Shown here piece by piece: positions 53,700 through 64,000 of a stretch of DNA of 64,000 bases. This DNA is from Octopus sinensis (Eukaryota), in the NCBI RefSeq assembly GCF_006345805.1, contig NC_043002.1:54312001-54376000 (forward strand), in the 5' to 3' direction. Numbering within the stretch: position 1 is the first letter of the stretch; the number at the start of each line of letters is the position of its first letter. The translations under genes were made by a program, and so were the position numbers. Below the pieces are notes generated by a model. It did no database searches and was not told the origin of the DNA. It saw only the letters and a list, made by a program, of their open reading frames with translations.

Positions 53700-55620
53700 T
53701 ACACCCCACCATCCCAACACCTGGAAGACAACAATCAAGAAAGCAAAGAATGATGAAAGCCTTCATGCATCAGTTTGCAAGCTTTTGCTCTCTAAACTAC
53801 TAACAATGCATAGGAATTCTCCTACGAAAACAGCTTAGTAGGTTGTATTGTTACAGTTGATATAATCACATTCACTGCTCATTTTGCCATCAACACCATT
53901 GTACACATACATAATCCCTGTAACTTTTTCATTTTATGCAATTTCACCAAATGCAAAAATATCCCTGATCATTCCAACTCAAATGGTTTTCAACTCCAGG
54001 CTCTATTCCAATCAACAGAACACTAAAATATGTCCCGTTCAGAATATCTAACTCCTTGCCCTCTAAAAGTTCAAAAGGTGATGGAGTCATAAATCTCTTT
54101 CATTATCTAAATTTCCTCTCCTTAACTAATTCCTTTTACCATTTCCATAGATCTACTGGAGATTTACTCTCATATGCCACACTACAATGCACTCTCTCCC
54201 TTTGAGAACTTTGGCAAAAGAAATATTGTCCTCTACATCAGCAAAGCTTTTAATGTGTCTGGTATGAAAACCATCTTCACTTAACTACTTGCCTGTTTAT
54301 TCTATCCATCTCACTCCTCAGACTAGAAGTTGCTGGTCAAACTGTTTCCATTAAAGGATGTTCCGACAATGTGTGTGAGTGAGAGCAACAGAGAATATCA
54401 ATTCAAAATATGGTTTCCCACACCCTTCCCTTCTCTACATGAATGACCTTGCTGTCACTTCTAACAACACAGTCAATATCATTTACCATTTCATTTCTGT
54501 TAAACTTCAGACAAGCTCCATCTATTGGGTTGTCTGGAAAGTTTGTGTGATTTATAGTAGCTTACCTTCCGACTTATTTTAGAACAGGGTTGAGTCCATA
54601 AAATAGGATTTGACTACACCTCCATTTAGAGCACAGTTTAAGCTATCTTTTCATGGAAGAAGATTTATGTTCCTATAACCTGTGTTAATTCCGTAACCCT
54701 TTAAAATGGAAGATAAGTTCATTTTCGGCATTTGATGCTTTGGGAACCAGACAAAAATTGCTGCAGCTCAGCTGGGATGTGTTACCCCACCCTCCATATT
54801 CACCAGATATTGCTCCTTTGGATTTCCACTTACTCAGGTCTCTGCAGAATAGTCTTAACGGTAAAAATTTCAATTCCTTGGATGACGTAAAAAGATACCT
54901 TGATGAATTCTCTGCCATGAAACCACCTCAATCCTGGGAAGAGGGTATTTTCAAGTTAAAGTAAAGATGGAGATGCATTGTGCAACAAAATGGTTCATAT
55001 TTGGTTGATTAAAAATGTAATGGTAAGTATTTATTGACCTTTTTCTTTCCTTTAAAAATCAGCATAAACTTTCCAGACAACCCAATACATACAATTGACA
55101 ACAGACAAACTGCCTTCAAGAACAAGACCTTGAAAACAGTCCCCCATGGGAAAATGATAACTCAATCTATTTGCACAGTATCAAGACAATCACCATGAAA
55201 AAATCCTATCTATATATAGAAACATACTAAGCCTCTAAATTTGCTTCAAAGGCTATATTTCTAAAGCTCGATTTTTCAAGACAATTGCTTCTAGACAGCC
55301 TTACTAAAACCACTTCTCAAAAAGTAGCCAGAAAATACTTGTCCTGGTCCCTCTACCATAGGCTCCTTTGGTGAATTTCATGCAAATATGGCATGCTATT
55401 ATTGCACAAATACAAATGCTTAAGACCACGTCCAAAGCACAGTCTTTTGGCTACTATACAAAGTTTTACTTAATATTTCAATTGTTGGATTGCTGTTTCT
55501 TCACTACTTCTATAGTTGAACTCAGGCCTTCACCTGACATATTAGAACTACTTCATCCTTTCCCATTACCCCTACAATGTCTCACTCCCAAGATCAAGCA
55601 CTAAACACTTTTACACAATC
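53700..55620 (+). mobile_element. decayed CR1/Jockey-like LINE RT relic, interrupted by a mariner
   Basis: RSTGDLL, ISKAF and YMNDL motifs before 54523; LINE-like sequence appears to resume after 55087. Boundaries approximate. Confidence 0.55.
54523..55087 (+). mobile_element. internally deleted mariner element
   Basis: Perfect 22-bp inverted ends TATTGGGTTGTCTGGAAAGTTT; ORF 54740..54964 with WDVLPHPPYSPDIAPLDFHLLRSLQN. Confidence 0.92.
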
Positions 55621-56317
55621 TTTTCTGTACAGGACTAAATTTTCCCAAGAATTCTACAATTGTCTTTTTTAGACTATTAATCTTCAACTGCATCACCAAC
55701 CTCATACCATATGCATCCATCCCTCATATATACTGTGAGAGAAATATGGATACCATTGAGTTTCACACAAGAAAAAATTTTCTATGTGTCTATATTTACA
55801 CACAAGTAAAAAAAAAATAAAATAAAATAAATAAATAAATAATTCAAGTGAATGAAATAAAAATGATAATTATAAAGAAAGACTCATTCTATTATTTTAT
55901 AATTTGTTGGAAAATGAACAGATTACATTTTTCTTATATTTAAGTTTAAACTTTCCAATAAATACTTGAAATGTAAACACTGCCAACAGTTAAGTTTTTG
56001 TAAAGTTTAAAAAGTGGAAGATAATCAGAATTAAAAAATATGAAACGATAAAAGGTAATCATTAATGTCTCTTGCAAAAGAAAAACAACCTAGATAATAT
56101 ATTTAGGAGTGTTGGGCAATTGCATTGCGCTGCCAGCAAAGTATGTCCCAAAATGAAACTGAAGCCTTTGTTAGAATAATTTAATGGTAAAGTAAAAAGT
56201 TAAGGAAACCCAATATTCGATTTAGATCTTTTAACTCTTTTCCAATCTGAAAAATATTCTTTATTTAGATAGATTTTCACAATTCATTTCTACTATAGAA
56301 ACAAAGGGCAAGGCCAG

Positions 56318-56326
<9 letters not shown>

Positions 56327-56394
<68 letters not shown>
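56327..56394. repeat. (TA)n microsatellite (~34 units)
   Basis: seen directly. Confidence 0.95.
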
Positions 56395-56397
<3 letters not shown>

Positions 56398-59013
56398 GGC
56401 AGCATGTATTTGTATACACACACACATACCCTGCCTGCATTACTTGAAAAACAAAGACTGGCAACAAGAAGTGCATATGGTTATAGAAAACCTGCCTCAA
56501 TAAGTTTTGTCCATCCCATGCCAACATAAAAAAAAATGGATGTAAAAGTGAGGCATATATTCACAACTAAATTATTACACCATAATGTATGCTAACATTG
56601 CTAAAGTTGTAAACCATTTTTATAGAATTAAATAGTAACAGTTCACTAGCCAAGGTCTGAAATGACTAACTTACAGATCAGCAGTTTCAATTGATACTTG
56701 TAAAATGAGCAGGTAAAATTTTATTTCAAATGACAATAGAATTTGAACAATGAAAGAAAAAACTTTCAATGTTTGGAAATAAGATATGCACAACATATGG
56801 AGTAAAGGTGCAAGACATTTGAATAAACTAAATAATATTGAAAATGAAGATAACAACTATAATTGGGGAAAAAAGAGGGTGATAATAAATGTGGAATAAA
56901 ATCAGACAGGTAAAATAAAGCCTCTTGGCTGAAAAAGAGGAACGAAAAACCCAGCTGTAAAATACCCATGTAAATTTTCTTAACCCGTTGGATAAAAAAT
57001 CAGAAAGTATTGAATAACAATAAACTAATGAAAGGAGAACTAACAAAGGATAAATTTTAAAATGGGGTGGAACAACATATGCATGAATATATGTACAGTG
57101 ATGTCTCTCCCCTTTTGATTGCACTCCTTTAATAATTTTTTTTTTCAGATAAGAGGAAAAAATCATCAAGGATGACATGGATTTAGTAAGAGTAATAAGT
57201 ATTAATCCAAATGACTTTGATTTAACTAATCCAGAGAAATATCAAACTTTTCAAGGTTTATTAGAAATATGGCTGAATAAAAATCGAAGGATAAGTTTGT
57301 TTTTTTAGTTTCATTATTCCTCTGAATAAAGATTCCAGCAGATGGAGCTTCATAAAAAGAGGTATTAATAAGTATTAAAAGATTTAGATTTTAAAATCTT
57401 GAATTGTAGCATTCATCTGAGTTTAATACTAAAAGAACTTATTTTTAGTGTGCATAGGCATTATCTACATTGGAAGAATTTGCTAGAAAAATAGTCACTG
57501 AGCTTCATCTTTAGATTTACATTAAATATAGATGTATGCTGTATGGGTGCCTAAATCTGGCAAAATACAAAATAAATTTTTAGAATCATTGTATAGCTTG
57601 AACCAAATGGATTAATTCATGAGGATAAAATCAAGAATAAATGATAACGTAATCTGATTTTGACAAGAGTGCACATTGAGACAAGTGGAAATACACATCA
57701 AACAATTATATGAACATCCATTAATTTATTTTAAACTTATGCACCAGTCCTTAAAGCATGCTTTTAGTATTGACAATAAAGCTCATAAAGAGCACAAATG
57801 AAACTGGTGTGACAATACCCAACAACATAGGAGAGTGGTGTAGGAGAAGACTATTGTTCAGAACTTCTATGTAGCAAGACATCCATGCATCAGAACATTG
57901 TCCACAGAATGTTGGCACATTAACAATTCTGTAATTACTAAATGATTTATTACAATTGTACCAGAAAAATTGAAGATTTTAAAATATGTTTCAACAATTT
58001 TTATGTTAAAAAAAAATGTTCCTACAAGGTGGTTCAAGAGTTTAAAAAAAAAAGATCTTTTTTACAATAAATTTTCTTTATAATTTAATAATTTCAAAAT
58101 CATTTAAAATTATAGTGATAGTTTTTACCAAGTGCTGGCCAAGAAGCATGGACATGCTCTCCAACTGGATCTATACTAAAGGCATGCACTAACTAGCTAA
58201 CCCAAACATGCTTCATATTCAGCCTTTCCAGAAACTCAAAATTAAGGATTTCATTTTAGAATTTGAGCTCTCTATGTAGAGAAAAAAAATACTCGATATT
58301 TTACATATTTTCTGTGATTTTCTTAAAACTATTTAAAAAAATATAATTACTAATTGAGAAGTGATATGGTATTGGAAATTGAATGTGTTGTGCTTACATG
58401 CATACACACAAGAATTGTTCAATCAGTTAAGTTTATTTCTATTTCATAACAAGGAAAAAAAAAGTATTATTTTATATATTTTAGTCAAATGGAAATTATT
58501 TCTTAGTCAAAAAATTTTCAAAATGAAGTAGGTTGTGATTGAGTGTTCAGTTTTAGCAAGAATCCATAAGATATTAGAGATATAGGGAATATATTTAAAA
58601 TTCTAATGTTTGCTCGATTAAATACTTATAACTTCAAAAGCCTAGGTATTGCGGAAAAAAAAATTAAAACGAGAATTTAAAAAAGTTTTTAAAGATTAAG
58701 TCTTTCTTTTTAATCACTAATATTTTTAAATTTATTAAAAAAAAAGTTGTATCATGTTTTTGAAGGATTAAAGATTAAAAAATAGAACCAGTTTATCTTA
58801 AAATATCATTTTAGAGGATAACAATAATATAAAATAATTGGTGCAAATGTGTTTTTATCAATGAAGCCTGTAAAATAACAAAATTCAAATTTTTGCCAAC
58901 ATATATTTAGCATGTGTGTATATTAGTTAACAAAAGAATGTTTTGTATATGAAATGCATAATCAGCTAAAGAGAAGCAGCCTAATTAAAAGTATTTTATG
59001 TTGAAGTCAAACT

Positions 59014-59087
59014 ATTTATCATTTTCATTGCAATTTGATTTTTATACTATTCATAATAAAAATCAAATTGCAATGAAGATGATAAAT
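59014..59087. repeat. near-perfect hairpin: 32-bp arms, 10-nt loop, one mismatch
   Basis: atttatcattttcattgcaatttgatttttat-actattcata-ataaaaatcaaattgcaatgaagatgataaat. Confidence 0.9.
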
Positions 59088-62000
59088 TTATAAAGAATTG
59101 CAAAAAATTTTTTAAATGTTCTTTTTCTATAGACAAGCCATAAGACTTCTTTAGATAACATTTTTTATAAACATGAGAAAATAACTCCTTTTCTTTCATC
59201 TTATAAGGAAAAAAGAAACAATCCAAAATGCCTGAAAAAGATAGCTAAGATAAAAACTGAGAGAGTAATTGAAGATAAAAATACAAAAGGAATATTGTCA
59301 AAGAATTTGAGAAAATAACAGCCTCAGTAAAAATGTCTTCTAACTTTATTTACATAATCAGATCCAACATCATCTGACTAGTTACTGTTTGGGCAAGAAT
59401 TATTTTTGATAATACTTGAAATCATGAAGAGTTCTTTAGCTAGTAGTAAACAGTAAATGATAAAAAAAACAAAACTTAATTATATAACATACCACAGAGT
59501 ATAAGAATTCTATAAGCATGTATATTTAGACATGATCAACAAGTATGCCCTGTCTCAGGGTTATAACCTCAACATTACTGAATATGGTTATTCAGAATTG
59601 ATATGCTCTATGGGGTTACATAATTATCTCTTCACCGTTAAACAGTTTATGTAGAAATTCAGCATTAATTGTCTAAGATAGTATTCATGGTTGACAACAA
59701 CAATGAAATTAGACTCAAACTAGATGAAAATTATGACCACTCTTTGTCTGACTCCTTGTTTCTTCCAAGGGTTTATAAACAATTTTCTTTTTTTTATAGT
59801 TAGGCTAATTACTTATCACATGGAATTGAGATCCTAAGTAAGTAGTAGCACTAATTATTTCATTAGTTACCTATTGTACAATATACTAAGTATACAAATG
59901 AAATTAATACAGATTCTTTCTTTTCTGATGAAGATGAAATGAAGTTGACATTAGTAAGTTTAACATTCATATATGAAGAGCAATCAAACAATGGGCAACT
60001 GACAGAAAGTGACATCAAAGTTTTTTCTAGGGAAAAAAATGTAATTAAACTGTGAAAATTTCACAAATTGAGATTTCATTGAATGTTCACTAGAGTTGTA
60101 ATATTTTTCTATCAAAGATCAAGCTAAATACGGGAGACATCAGCTCGATATTTAAGAGAAAACAAGAAAGTTATATTCACAGCTTTCTCAAAGAATTACC
60201 ATGACCTCAGTGGAAGCAATTCTACAAGAAAATTAAAATTAGTTAGCAGACTTTGTTCAGAACTTACCACCTCATGATGGTGCTTACCATTACTAATATA
60301 TCAAGTTTGTAAAGACAAACAGAAGTTAGCCCAGGCTAATGGTTGGTTAGTTCAAAGTGAAAGCAAATACAATGTCTTTAACAGAAGACAAGAAAATGAG
60401 TTATTAGGAGGCAAAAAGCAAGCGAGATTTAAGCTCAATATATTTTTTATGAATAATAAAAGGGACTAAACAGCTCATCAATAAAGAATAAATGATTTTT
60501 TGAAAGATTAATAGAATAAAATTTGGCTAATAATCTGAACTACTTCATCAGAAATTTGTCAAAGAGAAATCTAATGAGCCGATCTGAGGTTTACCACTGT
60601 TCAGATCTTTCAAGATACATTTAACTGGTTCAAAAGGTTGCAGTTTTCTGCACTTGAGCAGTGCAAAAACATAGGAGCTATACAGGGCTTGAACTGAAAG
60701 CTTAAGAGGCTCACAACAAATAACATCCAAATAGCTACTAGGGTAAGGAAGGAATGGTTAGTATTGGTGTAAACACAAATCTCCATTCTCATGAATTAGG
60801 TGGAGATTTTTATAAACACAGATGGTTTAAGGAATAGATTTCAGTGTCATCCACGAAATGCTTTAATTAATTTCATATTTATGTTTGATAATTGGATCAC
60901 AAAAGGTAAAACAAAGACCATGTTCTTTAATGCTTGGGATCAGGTATAAATTAAATGCAAACAATTTATGAAAATAAAGAACTTATTTATTGTTTGGTAA
61001 TTGAAATTATACTAAATGATCTATTTTCAATAAGCAATTCCATTATGTTCAGAATGTGTATCATGTGGTCCTTTATGTGAAAGAGTCTTAACTCATGGAA
61101 TTAAACTCAATTTACAAACCTCTACCCACCTTGCAGTTTAGAAGTGCTGGTAATGGAAAGTAATATTTAAACAAACTTTCATTATTTCATGCAAAAATCA
61201 CATCACATTTTAGAATGGAAAGGCTGCTGGCCACAATGTCATATCATGTGAATTCATTAAGCATTCATTGGATAACAAACTTTGATAACAAACCAACTGG
61301 GGAAAATATATAAAACCATTTTTTTTAATGGATTGCAAGGCATTCAAACTAAGTAGATAATCTAGCTACTAGATATGCTGGTTTCAAGGTATGTCAAAAA
61401 TAGATGTAATGCTTACAAGACCTTTATTTAGTTATAAAATATCTAATGTACTTTAAGAGTAGGGAAAAATTAATAAATAAAGGGGAAAACTATGTTTAGA
61501 TCTTAGTGTTATGCAAACATTTAACTAAAGAATTATATAGGATGCAAAATATTTTAAAAACTACTCTTCATTTAAAGGAAACTGGAAATGCTGAGAAAAT
61601 TTATAATTTTATATTTTTGAATGGTTTTGTAGCTAAATTATAAGCAAAACATTACAAATACTTTGAAATGTAAATTTTAAAAGTATAAAAACTAAAATAA
61701 TAGATCTGATCTCAAGCATTTTTAGATTTAATAAACTCTAATTTATATAAAAGAAAAAATTTTAAATGATATCAAAAGGGAATTGAAAGGCAAAATTAAG
61801 CAAAAAGTTGGTAATACAGGGAAACTAAATTAAAAGAAAAAATTGAGGCTTAAAAAATAGAACTTAAATTGTTTTAAATGAATAACTGCCCAAACACATT
61901 ACTCATAGTTTCTTGCACAACCTTATGGCATTGTCTTTACTTTCAAAAAGTTGCCAACATATCTCCAAGTGGCAAATGTTAGTTGAATTCATTAAAATAA

Positions 62001-62314
62001 CATTTAATCTTAATGGCAGTAGTAAATTTTCTTTCAAAACCAAGATATTTCAAAATTTCATCTTGAATTAGTGCTATCTATTATTGTAAATTTATGTAAT
62101 ACTCAATGTAAATATATTGAAAGACTAATGTGCATTTAACATAAAATATCTATAATTTTTTTTTTTCATTAATTTAGTATGGGATTATAAACATCAGCTT
62201 GAACATAGCTGGAGTGATACCAAATTTCATAGCTAGGACAGGTAAGGTAGGTAGGCATCCTTTGGAAAAAAGAAGGCTTTGGAAGGCTCCCCTGTCCAAC
62301 CTCCTCATATTTAC

Positions 62315-62353
62315 CTGAGTTGGTGGTGTCACAGCAGAGTTTTCAGCATTTAC
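62315..62353 (-). CDS. candidate 39-nt alternative cassette exon of CLTC (VNAENSAVTPPTQ)
   Basis: ctgttatttgcttttag|GTAAATGCTGAAAACTCTGCTGTGACACCACCAACTCAG|gtaaat. Phase 0-0 with no stop, in the intron upstream of the phase-0 exon at 51691. No transcript evidence. Confidence 0.45.
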
Positions 62354-64000
62354 CTAAAAGCAAATAACAGAACTCCAATTTCTTATAAATCTTTAGATAT
62401 TTGTTTTAAATTAGTTTAACGAAGTACAGTGATCAATCCTTCACTTATAAGATAGCTCTAATGATGTGAATTGGCTGTTTAAAAAAAAAAAATCAACAAG
62501 TAATAAAGTTAATTGTTTTAATCTGCAGCTATTTGAGAGCTTCTTTTTGCTATATGATTAAGTAAAAATTAAATTTTCTAAATTAACAGTTAATAATATA
62601 AACTTAATTTACAATAAAGAAAATTAACATTTAATGAATATAATATAAAAGAAACTTTAAAATTAAAACTACAGTTTAAAACAAAATATAACTCAGAACT
62701 GATTAAATTATAAAATGTCTCAATGCACTCTCCATTTCTGATTATTATAATTGATCAATTAAAAGAAATAGTGAAAACATCCCTTGAGCAACTCTAAACC
62801 ATTCTACTGCTCACCCCACCCCCATTTACTGCAATATATAAATAAAATTATTTTTTACAGTTTGAGAAAAGAAAAAAATCCTCTTCAAATATTGTTGTAT
62901 CACTCAATATAGAGGAGTTAAATCAACAGATTGCAGAACTTTTTTGTTAAACTTTCATCTGAACCAAAAAAATTTGGAACTACATGACTAAAACAATGTT
63001 TATATGTCAAGTAACCTTGAGAATTTATTCACAAGTAATCATCAGCATGAGAATTTTAAAAACCATTCTCAATTAGATTAGGTTCTAAATTACAATTATA
63101 GTGTTGCAATTTAATTTTTCACTTCAACTGTAATACAGAATATTTTTACTATCTTTTTAATTTCAAACAATAATCATTGGGAGTGCTTACCAGACAGCTT
63201 AAAATAAAATAAAATAAAAATCAGATTAGGAAGGCTTTTATGTAAAAAAAATAATAAATGGTTAAATTTTAACAGAACAAAACCCAAATATGAAATGGTT
63301 TCAAAATGCAAGCATCAATATGTATAGCTTAAATAGGATTCTTTCTCTTGTGTGAATTAATGCATTTTAAATCTAATATGTAAAATGTATTTGACTGAAA
63401 GATATAAGTTTGAGTGGGGCAAAAACAAAGGGAAAAGTTTTCTGCTAATTCAAGTCAATTTACATTTATTAAATGCTTTCAGCAACAAGGCTGAACATTT
63501 CAAAATTACATCATAATTTTAACAAATGTGTTAGTGAATTTATTCATATAAAAATGAAACTAGAATTTGATTGGTGTGATTTTTTTTTACTACCAACATG
63601 TTAACAATGACTGATTTGAATACTGAATTATTGTTGTAAATTCTTTCCTTAAAAATAATTACAATTCAATAGCAATTTGAATTATCTATTTCTTTTTTTT
63701 AGGTCTATGTTGAAGTACTTTTCTAAAATTTTTTAAACATGAATTACTTTACAAAATTGATGTAGTACCATAAATATGCTGTTTAAAAAGTCAGTACTGG
63801 TTTCAAGTCATTCACCAGATTCTATTTTTGGGGGGATGGGGGTGGGGGGAGACTGTAATTTATTTACATAAAAAAAAAAAAGAATCATTGAAATTTGAAT
63901 AACTAATTAGCTCTATTGTTTTTTTTACATGAAACAAAACCTTAATGTTGTAAAAAAAATGTTATATTCTACATGGTATTAATTCTTTTAAATGAATTAG

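Noticed and set aside
56261-56529. ORFs with YIYIYI repeats (also 19250-19499, 19737-19976, 2430-2651)
   Set aside because: Translations of (TA)n/(CA)n microsatellites.
56675-56696. 22-nt segment ttttacaag|TATCAATTGAAACTGCTGATCT|gtaagt on the - strand
   Set aside because: AAG acceptor, frameshifting, no supporting homology.
57153-57308. Protein-like open stretch EEKIIKDDMDLVRVISINPNDFDLT...LEIWLNKNRR on the + strand
   Set aside because: Only 51 codons, a stop immediately upstream, out of frame with the nearby acceptor, and no family I recognise. A BLASTX search would settle it.
60200-60221. 22-nt segment with good splice signals on the - strand (ttcttgtag|AATTGCTTCCACTGAGGTCATG|gtaatt)
   Set aside because: Not a multiple of 3 and has an in-frame TGA after a phase-0 junction. 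Such signals are expected by chance in 12 kb of AT-rich intron. At best an unproven poison exon.

Overview
AT-rich, intron-rich animal genomic DNA. The SINE/LINE repertoire is typical of octopus (coleoid cephalopod); that assignment is my inference from repeat recognition, not a search. Two convergent protein-coding genes are present. (1) On the + strand are the last three coding exons of CRIPT (4885-5019, an 18-nt microexon at 10446-10463, and 12204-12268, ending in the PDZ ligand -QSSV). (2) On the - strand are 28 coding exons of clathrin heavy chain (51691 down to the stop at 21221; 4518 nt, 1505 aa from QNRVVG to ...GYGYM*). All junctions are GT-AG and in frame. The first ~173 aa of clathrin and the first ~27 aa of CRIPT lie outside the window. 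Introns and the intergenic region contain tRNA-derived SINEs, RTE and CR1/Jockey-like LINE fragments, two mariner relics, a piggyBac deletion derivative, MITE-like foldbacks and microsatellites. The best leads are a minimal hammerhead-ribozyme-like motif with an unusual core in a Penelope/retrozyme-like repeat (4565-4602, -), a candidate 39-nt in-frame alternative exon for the clathrin terminal-domain propeller (62315-62353), and several long-range or perfect inverted repeats inside introns. Almost all other ORFs in the supplied track are spurious or repeat-derived.
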